Part shown: one piece after another, positions 1-10,654 of the stretch
How the letters are laid out: each line of letters starts with the position of its first letter
How positions within the stretch are numbered: the stretch's first letter is position 1
Assembly (NCBI GenBank): GCA_003135635.1
Contig: PLCJ01000002.1
Location: 109,451-173,450, forward strand
Direction: 5' to 3'
Length of the DNA stretch: 64,000 bases
From: Candidatus Adlerbacteria bacterium
GTDB taxonomy: Bacteria; Patescibacteriota; Minisyncoccia; Phycocordibacterales; SBAW01
Notes under the pieces: model-generated
Told to the model about the DNA's origin: nothing
The model's input: the letters and a program-made list of their open reading frames with translations, nothing else
Database searches by the model: none
Program-made: the position numbers and the translations under genes

Positions 1-39
1 TCACAACCTCCTTCAGTTAGTGCTGTATACTATCCATGT

Positions 40-351
40 ATGACCGAAATAATACACGCTGATATATTCTTTTTTATCACGGCGATAGCGGTTATTATTA
101 TTGGCATAGGGGGAGCAATCGCTTTGTACTATGCAATTTTTATTTTGCGCGATATGCGTGTAGTGGCAAAAAAAATACGCAAAGCAAGCGATGAGCTCGA
201 ACAAGACTTTGAAGATTTACGGGCCAACATAAAAACTGAAGGTGTACGCACTAGGACAATTTTTGAACTGGTGCTTGGATTTATCGCACGGCAAATCCCT
301 AAGCTGCGAGCTGAGAAAAAAGCAAAAGAAATGAGATCAAAAGGAGGGTAA
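40..351 (+). CDS. Small single-pass membrane protein with coiled-coil tail (DUF948-like)
   Basis: 103 aa; N-terminal hydrophobic helix then charged amphipathic helix; TATACT just upstream of ATG. Confidence 0.6.
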   Translation: MTEIIHADIFFFITAIAVIIIGIGGAIALYYAIFILRDMRVVAKKIRKASDELEQDFEDLRANIKTEGVRTRTIFELVLGFIARQIPKLRAEKKAKEMRSKGG

Positions 352-392
352 GTCAGGATGCTCGGGGGTAATTACTAGTTCATAAATTTTGT

Positions 393-803
393 ATGGCTAA
401 AGCAAAAAAACGAAATTCGACAAGCACCGCAAGAGCAGTTGGTATAAGCGCAGCAGCTGCCGTGGCCGCAGCGGCTGGGGCATATTGGTTTTATGGTTCC
501 AGGGGTGCTGCAAAGCATCGCAAAACTGCGCGCAGCTGGATGCTCAAAGCTCGCGGAGATGTGCTAGAGGCAGTTGAAACTGCAGTTAAGAAAGCGGGAG
601 AAGTTGACCAAAAAACGTACATGAACATTGTAAAGGGCGTACTTAAGCGTTATTCAAAGCGTGTTGGCGTAACACCAGCAGAAATGCTCCAGATGACCCG
701 CGATATGAAGGAAGCGTGGCAGCATATGCAAAAAGTAGGCAAGCATGTCGGCACTAAGAAGGTTAAAAAAGCGATAAAAAAGGTCAGTCGGAGAGTTCGG
801 TAA
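393..803 (+). CDS. Basic membrane-anchored hypothetical protein (YtxH-like)
   Basis: 136 aa; AAAAGAYWFYG anchor then Lys/Arg-rich helices; hairpin at about 823-859 downstream. Confidence 0.6.
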   Translation: MAKAKKRNSTSTARAVGISAAAAVAAAAGAYWFYGSRGAAKHRKTARSWMLKARGDVLEAVETAVKKAGEVDQKTYMNIVKGVLKRYSKRVGVTPAEMLQMTRDMKEAWQHMQKVGKHVGTKKVKKAIKKVSRRVR

Positions 804-957
804 TAACCTTGCACACGAGGGAACAAGACCCCGGTTAAAGTTCCAGGGCTTTGTCTTGTATACTGATGAGATATTGAGAATATATAACTTTTTGAAACGC
901 TCGCAACACCCCGCCATGGTAGTATGTGAGAAAGCATTTTAATAAAAGGAAACGTTC

Positions 958-2085
958 ATGCCCCAAGCCTCTAACCCTAAGCATAAAACTCCCGAGGTCA
1001 CCAAAACAGGCTCTTCCTCTATCATATATGGAGTTTGTATATGCATTGCATGCGCGATGCTTATTTATCTCATTGGTTATAGCAATCTATTCTCGACAGC
1101 GTACACTTCTATAGCCACAAATCCAAAAGGGAATACGCAAAACAAAAACTCTCCACCTGACCCAGCTCCTTTAAATATAGCTCTCTATGAGCAGAAATTA
1201 ATTGAACTTGCCAACAATGGCATCTCTACCTCTACGGCCACCTCTACAGCCTCAACAACCCCGAGTCTTTGGCCAGTACACACAGTCTATCCTAATGCTG
1301 GTGCAATTTTACCCTTTACGCGTATCGTCGCGTATTACGGGAATTTCTACTCCACCGCCATGGGTGTTTTGGGGCAGTATCCCGCTCCAGAAATGTTGCA
1401 AATGCTCAATGGAGAGGTAGAAAAATGGCAAGCAGCAGATCCCACCACCCCCGTTATTCCTGCCTTAGATTATATTGCTGTTGTTGCACAGGGAAGTCCT
1501 GGCCCAGATGGTAAATATAGACTCCGCATGCCCGCTAGTCAGATTGACTATACAATCCAATTGGCCAGCCAGATACACGGGCTAGTGTTTCTCGATGTAC
1601 AGGTGGGGCTAAGTAATCTGCAAGCGGAACTCCCTCCTCTTGAACCCTATCTAAAAATGCCCCAGGTTGAATTGTCCATTGATCCAGAATTTTCTATGAA
1701 GAATGGGGAAAGACCGGACACAGTAATCGGTACATTTGATGCAACAGATGTAAATTATGCAGCAAATTATCTGGCTACCTTAGTAAGAGAAAATAATTTG
1801 CCGCCGAAGATACTCGTCGTCCACCGGTTTACAGAAGATATGGTTACTAATTACCAGCAGATCAAACCGTTGCCTGAAGTTGAGATAGTAATGAATATGG
1901 ATGGATGGGGCTCTCCGGCGAAGAAAATGACCACCTACCGTAATGTTATATACAAGGAGCCAGTGCAATTTACTGGGTTCAAGGTGTTCTATAAAAATGA
2001 TCTTCTTCCACCAAGTACTCACTTACTTACACCCGCAGAAATACTCAAATTAAAACCCCAACCTATATACATACAATATCAATAA
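958..2085 (+). CDS. Membrane-anchored extracytoplasmic protein, probable glycoside-hydrolase-like fold
   Basis: 375 aa; TM, S/T linker, conserved-looking RIVAYYG, IDPEF and MDGWG motifs. Confidence 0.6.
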   Translation: MPQASNPKHKTPEVTKTGSSSIIYGVCICIACAMLIYLIGYSNLFSTAYTSIATNPKGNTQNKNSPPDPAPLNIALYEQKLIELANNGISTSTATSTASTTPSLWPVHTVYPNAGAILPFTRIVAYYGNFYSTAMGVLGQYPAPEMLQMLNGEVEKWQAADPTTPVIPALDYIAVVAQGSPGPDGKYRLRMPASQIDYTIQLASQIHGLVFLDVQVGLSNLQAELPPLEPYLKMPQVELSIDPEFSMKNGERPDTVIGTFDATDVNYAANYLATLVRENNLPPKILVVHRFTEDMVTNYQQIKPLPEVEIVMNMDGWGSPAKKMTTYRNVIYKEPVQFTGFKVFYKNDLLPPSTHLLTPAEILKLKPQPIYIQYQ

Positions 2086-2130
2086 CATGAGTGGACAAAA
2101 CCTCATGAATGCTATATTAAAAGGTTCACA

Positions 2131-3885
2131 ATGAAGGAAAAAAGTACCGAACATAAGGTAATAAAAGCGACAGGTACAAATCTTTTAAACCTCCTTAGAC
2201 CCTATATCCTTTTGGTCGGGCTTTTGATCCTGCTTACCATCGCAAGCAATGCGCTCAGCCTTGTCGTACCGAAAATTATTTCCAACGCCATTGATACCTA
2301 CACCCAAGGGAATTTTGTTCTTCAATCTGTGATTCTGGAATTTTTTCTCGTAGTGTTTTTTGTTTTTATATTGACGTATGTACAAAACATTATGCAAACC
2401 TATACCGCCGAGCGTGTGGCAAGGAATTTACGTACTGGCTTGATAGCAAAAATCTCTGTTCAAGATTATTCCTATATTCAGTATGCCACTCCTGCAAAAT
2501 TGCTCACCAATCTTACTTCGGACGTAGATGCGGTAAAGACGTTCGTATCTCAAGCTATCACCTCCATTATTTCCTCGGTTTTTCTTCTTGTTGGTGCCAG
2601 TGTTCTTTTGCTTCTCATAAACTGGAAACTCGCGCTTACGGTCCTTTCTATCGTACCGGTTGTCGGCCTGCTGTTTTATCTTGTGTTTTCACGAATACGA
2701 AAGTTGTTTAAAAAATCACAAGAAGTTATTGATTGGTTAAACAAAGTCATTACAGAAAGCATATTAGGTTCCGCCTTGATACGTCTCCTCTACGCCGAGC
2801 ACTACGAATATCAAAAATTCCGTGCGGCAAGCACCGAAGCAAAAAGTATTGGATTTAGCATCTTGAGATATTTTGCTACTCTTTTTCCGGTCATTATATT
2901 CACCGCCAACATGGCGATTCTTATTATTCTCGTGCTCGGCGGTCATTTCGTGGTGATTGGCAGTATGAGTCTCGGAAACTTTACTGCGTTTTATAGCTAC
3001 TTGGCAATTCTCATCTTTCCAATCTTTATTATTGGTTTTATGAGTAACGCCATTGCTCAAGCAGATGCATCCTATCAGCGCATTGGGGAGGTGCTCAATG
3101 CCGAAGAAAAAAAAGAAACTGGCGGTGTAGTATCTCAGCTACGCGGAGATATTGCCGTGAAAAATGTTTCAATAGCACTTGATAAACGGATAATACTTAC
3201 TGATGTCTCTTTTTCTATACAAGCAGGAACTAAGACAGCGATCATTGGCCCCACTGCAGCGGGGAAGACCCATCTCCTGTATCTTCTTATTGGTCTGCTG
3301 AAACCTGATTCTGGCGTCATAGAATATGATGGCAAAAATATCGATGCGTATGACAAGAAGTCACTCCACCAGCAAATCGGGTTTGTTTTTCAAGACAGCA
3401 TCATTTTTAACCTTACGGTGCGTGAAAATATTGCATTTAGCAATACGATGCACGATGAAGATCTTCATAAAGCTATCGCTACCGCAGAACTTACCGACTT
3501 TATTGAAGCACTGCCACAAAAGCTAGATACCGTAGTGTCAGAGCGCGGGACCAGTCTTTCGGGTGGGCAGAAGCAACGCATCATGCTGGCTCGCGCCTTG
3601 GCACTTAATCCAAAAATATTGCTCCTTGATGATTTTACTGCCCGTGTTGATACAAACACGGAAGAGAAAATTCTCAGCAATATTCAAAAAAATTATCCCC
3701 ATCTTACATTAGTATCCGTTACCCAAAAGATTGCCCCGATTGAGAAGTATGATCAAATCGTTCTTTTGATGGAGGGGGAAGTATTGGCGGTAGGAACGCA
3801 TCAAAAGCTGCTGGAAACCTCTCCAGAGTATGTACAAATTTTTGAATCGCAGCGCAGCACAAGCAATTATGAATTACAAACTTAA
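2131..3885 (+). CDS. ABC exporter TMD-NBD subunit (degenerate catalytic residues)
   Basis: Multi-TM domain; Walker A GPTAAGKT, LSGGQ, Walker B LLLDD (E to D), switch Q instead of H. Confidence 0.93.
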   Translation: MKEKSTEHKVIKATGTNLLNLLRPYILLVGLLILLTIASNALSLVVPKIISNAIDTYTQGNFVLQSVILEFFLVVFFVFILTYVQNIMQTYTAERVARNLRTGLIAKISVQDYSYIQYATPAKLLTNLTSDVDAVKTFVSQAITSIISSVFLLVGASVLLLLINWKLALTVLSIVPVVGLLFYLVFSRIRKLFKKSQEVIDWLNKVITESILGSALIRLLYAEHYEYQKFRAASTEAKSIGFSILRYFATLFPVIIFTANMAILIILVLGGHFVVIGSMSLGNFTAFYSYLAILIFPIFIIGFMSNAIAQADASYQRIGEVLNAEEKKETGGVVSQLRGDIAVKNVSIALDKRIILTDVSFSIQAGTKTAIIGPTAAGKTHLLYLLIGLLKPDSGVIEYDGKNIDAYDKKSLHQQIGFVFQDSIIFNLTVRENIAFSNTMHDEDLHKAIATAELTDFIEALPQKLDTVVSERGTSLSGGQKQRIMLARALALNPKILLLDDFTARVDTNTEEKILSNIQKNYPHLTLVSVTQKIAPIEKYDQIVLLMEGEVLAVGTHQKLLETSPEYVQIFESQRSTSNYELQT

Positions 3886-5626
3886 AGGTGCAACCAGTCA
3901 AGAGAAACAAGGAACGCTTGTCACAGCGCTCGGCAGGCTCATACCTCTTTTAAGGGGAGAAGAGAAAAATCTTCTTATTACTTTTATCGCGATCCTTTTC
4001 AGCGCCGGAGCAACACTTGCTGCTCCGGTCATTATCGCTCGGGCCGTTGATGTATATATACAAGCCAAAAATTATCACGGGATTTTAATACTTTCCGGAA
4101 TCCTTTTGGGTATTTATATAGTGGGCTCAATCACAAGCTACATACAAACCATCACTATGGGTAGGGTTGGCCAGAGGGTACTTTTCAATTTACGCAACAA
4201 CATTTTTATGAAACTTCAGGAGCTTCCTATTGCATTTTTTAACCAAAATAGAGCAGGCGACCTTATCTCTCGGATTAATAATGATACCAATATGTTGAAC
4301 CAGTTTTTTGCCCAATCTCTGGCGCAATTTATAGGGAGCTCGGTCACTATTTTTGGGATAGGAATCTTTATTTTAATTCTCAATATTCGCCTCGGTGCCG
4401 CCACCCTGGTGCCTGCCTTCATAGTTCTTGGCGTGACGCAAGTACTTTCCTCTTGGGTACAGAGGAAAAATCTTACTAGTCTGCGCTCTCTCGGAGGGAT
4501 GAGTGCTGAAATTCAAGAGAGTATTGAAAATTTCAAAGTTATGGTGGCGTTTAATCGTCTTGATTATTTCCGTGAGAAGTTTAATCAAGCCAACGTAATT
4601 AACTATCGTGCTTCGGTCGGGGCGGGAGTTGCAAATAACTTATTTGCTCCGCTCTACGATCTCTCCTATGACCTGGGGCAGCTCATCGTTCTTACGTATG
4701 GTATCTATCTTATTACAACAGGAAACTTTACGGTGGGACTACTTATCGGGTTTCTGCTGTATGCCAATAACTTTTATAACCCACTTCGACAATTTGCATC
4801 AGTGTGGTCATCGCTCCAACTAGCGCTCGCGGGCCTCAATCGTATTTCAGAAGTGCTCGCGCTTCACTCTGACATGCCGGTCGTGGCAGCAGAACCAAAC
4901 GCCTCACCCTTTATGTTGGAATTTAAAGATGTTTCTTTCCGCTATCCAGAGGGCAAAGAAGTTCTGCGGCATGTGAATTTACGTTTTGATAAAGGAAAAA
5001 CCTATGCGCTTGTGGGCCCAACCGGCGGGGGAAAGACCACTATCGCCTCTTTGATGGCTCGTTTGTATGATCCAACTGAAGGGATGGTACTGCTTGATGG
5101 GAGAGATATCCGTTCATACCAACCGCAGGAGCGGACCCAAAAGGTCGGTTTTATTCTGCAAGAACCTTTTTTATTCACTGGCAGCATAAAAGACAACATT
5201 CTTTACGGCAATCCGCAGTATCGAGACTACTCTACTGAGGAGCTCCATACGCTTTTGGAGAAAGAAAACCTCTCTGATTTGCTTGAGGGGTTTGAGCAGG
5301 GATTGGATACGCCCATAAGCTCAAGTGGAGATACAATAAGTTTGGGACAAAAACAACTCATTGCGTTTATGCGTGCGGTTCTCAGAAATCTCGAACTGCT
5401 TATCTTAGACGAAGCGACAGCAAATATTGATACCGTAACAGAGCAGTTGCTTGATAAAATACTTAATAAGTTGCCTGCATCTACGACAAAAATCGTGATT
5501 GCGCACCGGTTAAATACGATAAATGAAGCTGATGAAATTTACTTTGTGAATTCAGGAGAGGTAACGGCAGCAGGCTCCATGCAAAACGCCGTTGATATGT
5601 TGCTACATGGGAAGAGAGAAAGTTAA
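3869..5626 (+). CDS. ABC exporter TMD-NBD subunit (heterodimer partner)
   Basis: GPTGGGKT, ISLGQ, LILDEATA, AHRL; start taken at ATG 3869 overlapping upstream gene end. Confidence 0.93.
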   Translation: MNYKLKGATSQEKQGTLVTALGRLIPLLRGEEKNLLITFIAILFSAGATLAAPVIIARAVDVYIQAKNYHGILILSGILLGIYIVGSITSYIQTITMGRVGQRVLFNLRNNIFMKLQELPIAFFNQNRAGDLISRINNDTNMLNQFFAQSLAQFIGSSVTIFGIGIFILILNIRLGAATLVPAFIVLGVTQVLSSWVQRKNLTSLRSLGGMSAEIQESIENFKVMVAFNRLDYFREKFNQANVINYRASVGAGVANNLFAPLYDLSYDLGQLIVLTYGIYLITTGNFTVGLLIGFLLYANNFYNPLRQFASVWSSLQLALAGLNRISEVLALHSDMPVVAAEPNASPFMLEFKDVSFRYPEGKEVLRHVNLRFDKGKTYALVGPTGGGKTTIASLMARLYDPTEGMVLLDGRDIRSYQPQERTQKVGFILQEPFLFTGSIKDNILYGNPQYRDYSTEELHTLLEKENLSDLLEGFEQGLDTPISSSGDTISLGQKQLIAFMRAVLRNLELLILDEATANIDTVTEQLLDKILNKLPASTTKIVIAHRLNTINEADEIYFVNSGEVTAAGSMQNAVDMLLHGKRES

Positions 5627-5706
5627 TATTTAATCAAGAAAACTTTCCCTTTGGTGCGCAATGAGCTATAATAGAAACATATTCGTCTAGCTATAAAAAA
5701 AATAGT

Positions 5707-6159
5707 ATGAGTGCAGATATGAAAGGAAGGGGCAAGGATCTCACGGTGGAAGCACCCCGAAGTCCTCATGCAAATATGGGTGGTTTTGTCATTATTGCCC
5801 GCACGATTGATAAGTGTCGTGCGTTGCTGTGGGGCAATATCGGTGAATATCATTTTGATTGTCCTCTCGATAATATGCTCTTTGGTCTCAAGGGTATTAA
5901 GGGAGATGATTTTAAACAGTTTGTTGAAACCGGTGCAACAGATGAAGAAATAGTAGAGTGGGTTAAGAATAACGGGGTACCAAAGACTGAAGATGAGATC
6001 AAAGCCTGGTCAGAAAAAGTCTCCAATGATAATTATTCCACTCAAGCACCAGAGAAGAAGCAATGGCTATCAGAGAGCGCGGTAAAGCTCGGGTTAGATA
6101 AGGACGCCACACTCTTTGACTTCCTTGACGCTGATGATAAGGCGACGTTCTCAAAATAA
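5707..6159 (+). CDS. DUF5069-like protein
   Basis: PRSP...ARTIDKCRA...GEYHFDCPLD motif typical of this family. Confidence 0.7.
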   Translation: MSADMKGRGKDLTVEAPRSPHANMGGFVIIARTIDKCRALLWGNIGEYHFDCPLDNMLFGLKGIKGDDFKQFVETGATDEEIVEWVKNNGVPKTEDEIKAWSEKVSNDNYSTQAPEKKQWLSESAVKLGLDKDATLFDFLDADDKATFSK

Positions 6160-6218
6160 ATTAACTAAGGGTTGTAAGTAGCACAGGGGTTCTCATGAAT
6201 GTTTAGGGAAAGGCCCAT

Positions 6219-6929
6219 ATGAACATTATCTATTTAGGTACAGCCTTCATTGCAGGTGTCGTGAGTTTCTTATCCCCGTGCGTGCTTCCCATTATTCCCG
6301 GCTTCCTTGCGTACCTTGCCGGTTCAACCCAAGTTGCCTCAGTTACCAAACGTAGGGACATTTTTGTTAATGCGGTGTTCTTCGTGCTTGGTTTTTCAGT
6401 AGTTTTTGCGCTTCTGGGTATTCTTCTCCAGACGATACTTTTATCTGTCGGTTTTGAAGTACAAGCGTGGACTTCGCGCATCGGAGGCATTGTAATCATC
6501 TTCTTTGGTCTCTACTTGGTGGGGCTTATCAAAATAGGGTTTCTCGAGCGGGATCATAAAATCACCATTAAAAAAACGTTCAATTCGCGCTATCTTACTT
6601 CATTCGTCTTTGGTATTGCTTTTGCGGTTGGATGGACGCCTTGCGTTGGGGCAGTTCTCGGCGGAATACTTGCTCTTGCGACATCTGCTCCGCTTTCAGC
6701 TTTTTTGCTTCTTTTTATCTATGCGCTCGGACTCGGACTACCGTTTCTTCTCGTGGGACTTTTTACCGCCCAGGCGACGAGTCTCATCGCTCGAATAGGG
6801 GATCGTTTCAAATACGTCAATATGGCATTCGGTGTTATTCTCATTATCCTCGGGGTATTAGTTTTTACCGAAAATCTGAGTTTGCTGGGGAATTTCAATT
6901 TTATTAATAATCTCTTTCTTGCAAAATAA
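6219..6929 (+). CDS. ccdA: CcdA/DsbD-beta disulfide transporter
   Basis: SFLSPCVLP and WTPCVG motifs, about 6 TM. Confidence 0.92.
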   Translation: MNIIYLGTAFIAGVVSFLSPCVLPIIPGFLAYLAGSTQVASVTKRRDIFVNAVFFVLGFSVVFALLGILLQTILLSVGFEVQAWTSRIGGIVIIFFGLYLVGLIKIGFLERDHKITIKKTFNSRYLTSFVFGIAFAVGWTPCVGAVLGGILALATSAPLSAFLLLFIYALGLGLPFLLVGLFTAQATSLIARIGDRFKYVNMAFGVILIILGVLVFTENLSLLGNFNFINNLFLAK

Positions 6930-6930
6930 T

Positions 6931-8037
6931 ATGAAGCGCAACATCGCACTCATTGCTACACTGGTGCTTATTGTTGGTTCCATACTCTATCTTCAAAGCC
7001 AAAAAGCTGGGCCTACTTCAGTTGCGATAGGCGCCGACACCATCGCAACCAGTAGTGTCCACTCAGCTCAGTATGCTGCAAACTCACTCATATATCCCAT
7101 GGCCCGGGAGCTAGTCTCGCCTGACGGATACATTAATACTGGTGGGGAGCCCATAAAACTCAGTGATCTCGTCGGTAAAAAAGTAATATTGCTTGATTTC
7201 TGGACCTACAGCTGTATAAATTGTCAGCGCACGATTCCATATCTGGAGTCTTGGTATCAAAAATATCAAAACGATGGACTTGTTATTATTGGCATCCATA
7301 CGCCTGAGTTTAGTTTTGAAAAGCAACTGAGCAATGTTGCGACGGCAGTTGCAAACTTCGGTATTACGTACCCGGTGGTGCTCGATAGTAATTACGCAAC
7401 ATGGAATGCCTACAATAACAATTATTGGCCGGAAGAATACCTTATTGATATAGACGGTCTTGTACGCGAGCACAACATTGGCGAGGGGAATTATCAAGAA
7501 ACAGAGACAAATATACAGCAGCTTTTATCTCAACGCGCCCAAACGCTCGGACTCTCGCTCAATATTCCGACGAGCCTTACTACGGTGAATGGAGCGATAG
7601 AGACTAATAGTCCCGAGACATATTTTGATTCATCTCGTAATACGTACCTTGGTGATGGGCAGCAAAACACCCCCGGTGTGCAGATGTTCACTGCCCCCAC
7701 AACATTCGTGCTCAACACGCTGTACTTGGATAAAACCTGGAATATAGAGAGTGAGTACGCTGAAAATATTACCCCAGGCGCGCGCATTATCTACCAGTAT
7801 GATGCGAAAGATGTCTACTTTGTCGCAAGCTCTAAGCTTGGGGTAACTGTAACGGTGCTCATCGATGGCAAACCAATACAAGTGGATAAGGGTGCTGACG
7901 TTAATGCATTGGGTCAGGTATACATTCAAGCACCTCGGCTCTATAAGTTAGTCGAAGGTACAACGCAACAACAACACACGATGGAGCTTATCGTGCAACA
8001 GTCTGGTCTTGATGCATACACATTTACTTTTGGCTAA
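6931..8037 (+). CDS. Membrane-anchored thioredoxin with DipZ-like C-terminal domain
   Basis: DFWTYSCINC, GIHTPEF, SPETY motifs; directly follows ccdA. Confidence 0.88.
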   Translation: MKRNIALIATLVLIVGSILYLQSQKAGPTSVAIGADTIATSSVHSAQYAANSLIYPMARELVSPDGYINTGGEPIKLSDLVGKKVILLDFWTYSCINCQRTIPYLESWYQKYQNDGLVIIGIHTPEFSFEKQLSNVATAVANFGITYPVVLDSNYATWNAYNNNYWPEEYLIDIDGLVREHNIGEGNYQETETNIQQLLSQRAQTLGLSLNIPTSLTTVNGAIETNSPETYFDSSRNTYLGDGQQNTPGVQMFTAPTTFVLNTLYLDKTWNIESEYAENITPGARIIYQYDAKDVYFVASSKLGVTVTVLIDGKPIQVDKGADVNALGQVYIQAPRLYKLVEGTTQQQHTMELIVQQSGLDAYTFTFG

Positions 8038-8059
8038 TTCGCCGTTTCCTCTATTCTTC

Positions 8060-8243
8060 TTGACAAGAATTTGTTTTTAGGATACTCTACAAGGGTAACT
8101 ACATTCTCATTGGTTTTTCGCTTTGGGCACACGCTCTAGGCGCCAAAGCTTCAGCTTTATCTAAAAATCACGAGACTACCTAGCCGACTTTTTATTGTAA
8201 TGGCTGGAGAGGTTATAGGGAGAAGATCCCGTTAGATAAAAGT
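8060..8243 (+). promoter_or_regulatory. Sigma70 promoter and structured 5' leader of DEAD-box helicase
   Basis: TTGACA-17-TACTCT; TTTATCTAA 8156-8164 complementary to TTAGATAAA 8232-8240; further hairpins. Confidence 0.55.
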
Positions 8244-9485
8244 ATGTACCAAAAAAAGTTTAGTCCGAGAGGACAGCAAAAACCGTTCTCACGCAAACCT
8301 GGATTCCGTCGAGGGAAACCATCGTATTTTAGTAATGCAAGACCTACACACAGAGGATTCAGCAGAAAGAATCACAGCGGTTCCTATATCGACCCATCCA
8401 AATTCATCAATAAGGCAGTGATCACGGAGGAAATTGAGCGCTTTGTCCCAGAGCATCAATTTAAAGATTTTGCTATAGATGAGGAACTCAAACGTGCCGT
8501 AGTCGCAAAAGGCTATACACTCCCCACGCCCATTCAAGACCGCGCCATTCCGCATATTCTCCAAGGGTCCGACATGGTCGGGATTGCAAACACAGGAACC
8601 GGCAAAACGGCAGCCTTTCTTATTCCACTTATCAACAAAGTTCGCCATGATGCCAAGGAGCAAGTGCTTATCGTAGTACCCACGCGTGAGCTCGCACTTC
8701 AGATAGAACAAGAGCTTAAAGGTTTCACTCGAGGGATGAAGCTATTTTCAGTATGTTGTGTTGGCGGTGCATCCATCGGTCCACAAATTTCTGCTTTGCG
8801 CTACCGCAACCAATTTATCATTGGCACCCCAGGACGGCTTAAGGATCTCATTGAACGCGGCAAGATCAAACTTAGTGAATTCAGCACTATTGTTCTTGAC
8901 GAAGCTGACCGAATGCTTGACATGGGATTTGTCAATGATATGCGCTACGTGATGCAAGGAATGCCCAAAAACCACCATACTCTTTTCTTCTCTGCAACCA
9001 TATCAAAAGAAATCGAAGGGCTCATCCAGGAGTTTCTACACGAACCGGTGCGTATAAAAGTCTCAATCGTCGATACTCCGAAAAACGTCGAGCAGGACGT
9101 GGTTCGAGTAACGAACAGCGCATCGAAACTCGATGTTCTTCACGATCTACTTAACCAAAAAGAATTTAGCAAAGTTCTTGTTTTTGGCAAAACCAAACAT
9201 GGGGTAGAGAAACTATCCAAACTTCTCACGACACGAGGTTTTAAGGCAGAGTCTATTCATGGTAACAAAAGTAATTCACAAAGGCAGCGTTCACTCGCAC
9301 TTTTTAAAGATAGTAAAGTCCAGATTCTGGTAGCCACAGATGTGGCCGCCCGTGGGCTTGATATCGCCGATGTGAGCCACGTGATCAATTACGATATGCC
9401 CATGACCTACGACGATTACATACACCGCATCGGTCGTACCGGCCGCGGAGATAAGCGAGGTAAGGCGCTCACTTTTGTAGAATAA
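8244..9485 (+). CDS. DEAD-box RNA helicase (RhlE-like)
   Basis: Q motif, ANTGTGKT, PTRELA, DEAD, SAT, ARGLD, HRIGRTGR. Confidence 0.96.
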   Translation: MYQKKFSPRGQQKPFSRKPGFRRGKPSYFSNARPTHRGFSRKNHSGSYIDPSKFINKAVITEEIERFVPEHQFKDFAIDEELKRAVVAKGYTLPTPIQDRAIPHILQGSDMVGIANTGTGKTAAFLIPLINKVRHDAKEQVLIVVPTRELALQIEQELKGFTRGMKLFSVCCVGGASIGPQISALRYRNQFIIGTPGRLKDLIERGKIKLSEFSTIVLDEADRMLDMGFVNDMRYVMQGMPKNHHTLFFSATISKEIEGLIQEFLHEPVRIKVSIVDTPKNVEQDVVRVTNSASKLDVLHDLLNQKEFSKVLVFGKTKHGVEKLSKLLTTRGFKAESIHGNKSNSQRQRSLALFKDSKVQILVATDVAARGLDIADVSHVINYDMPMTYDDYIHRIGRTGRGDKRGKALTFVE

Positions 9486-9511
9486 TTATGAATCAAATTC
9501 GTAGAATAATT

Positions 9512-9676
9512 ATGGACCAAAAACCAAAGCCTTATATTTCTAAAACATTCCAGCAAGAGGGCAAATGGATCGAAAAACCTATCCCTGCCACAGTACTGGT
9601 GTGCGCGTGTAATAATAAATATCTCAAAACACGAGAGGGGCAAACGTGTTGTATCAAGTGCATGCAAAGGAGGTAA
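9512..9676 (+). CDS. Small Cys-rich (putative zinc-binding) protein
   Basis: 54 aa with CAC...CCIKC; alternative start 9488. Confidence 0.55.
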   Translation: MDQKPKPYISKTFQQEGKWIEKPIPATVLVCACNNKYLKTREGQTCCIKCMQRR

Positions 9677-9716
9677 AGGCCTATAGACCTAGATACTCCG
9701 AGTATACTTTAACTGT

Positions 9717-10187
9717 ATGTCTGACAAGGAGTGTGATCATACAAGCGTAGGTATGCTTGTGGAGAAGGATGAGGGTATTTTATTGATTGAAAGAGTGAAA
9801 AAGCCTTTTGGCTTTGCACTTCCAGCAGGACACGTAGATGAAGATAAGGAGTACGATAAAGCGGCTGCGCGGGAGTTAAAAGAGGAGGTTGGTTTAGATG
9901 CAAAACATCTAGAACTTATTGCTGAGGGGCGCAAGGAAAATCCCTGTCGACGAGAAGGTGGATCTTGGCATTATTGGAAAATCTACAGGGTTTTGACGCA
10001 AGGAGAACTCCTTCCCAATACCGATGAGGCTAAAGAAGCCCGCTGGTATCCTCGGAATGCAATCAAAAAACTTGCCAAGATAACTGAAGCATATATCGCA
10101 GGCACTATTTCCGAGGAGCAGTGGAAAGCTAGCCCAGGGTTAGAACCAGTTATGTACGAATGGTTTAAAAAGCTTGCTATAATCTGA
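9717..10187 (+). CDS. NUDIX hydrolase
   Basis: Nudix box AGHVDEDKEYDKAAARELKEEVG. Confidence 0.92.
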   Translation: MSDKECDHTSVGMLVEKDEGILLIERVKKPFGFALPAGHVDEDKEYDKAAARELKEEVGLDAKHLELIAEGRKENPCRREGGSWHYWKIYRVLTQGELLPNTDEAKEARWYPRNAIKKLAKITEAYIAGTISEEQWKASPGLEPVMYEWFKKLAII

Positions 10188-10189
10188 GC

Positions 10190-10597
10190 ATGACCATCAC
10201 TATGTGTGGCTCTGTGAAGTTTTTTGATGAGATGGTTGAGCTTCAAAAAAAACTTGAAGAAAATGGCCACACTGTCCTCATGCCCATTAAGGTTTCGGGC
10301 GTAGATTACTGGTCTGATGACGCCACAAGTAGGATTGAAGCAAAGAGGAGGCTCGGGCTTCTGGAAAAACATATGGATAAAATTGAAAGATCAGATGCAA
10401 TTCTGGTAGCAAATTATACCAAGGGCGATATCAAAAATTATATAGGCGCCAATACTTTTCTTGAAATGGGATTTGCACGATATCGTAACAAGAAGATTTT
10501 TTTACTGAATCCAATACCAGACCAGAAATACATTAGCGATGAGCTTCTCTCGTGGGAGCCTATAGTTATTGAAGATAATTTAGAAAAAATACAGTAA
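10190..10597 (+). CDS. Nucleoside 2-deoxyribosyltransferase-like protein
   Basis: ITMCGS...IERSDAILVAN...IGANTFLEMGFA pattern. Confidence 0.7.
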   Translation: MTITMCGSVKFFDEMVELQKKLEENGHTVLMPIKVSGVDYWSDDATSRIEAKRRLGLLEKHMDKIERSDAILVANYTKGDIKNYIGANTFLEMGFARYRNKKIFLLNPIPDQKYISDELLSWEPIVIEDNLEKIQ

Positions 10598-10654
10598 CAG
10601 AGATTATGTCTCTGTTATTTAAGAATTGAAGTAGAAATGTTATACTGTCTCTCT

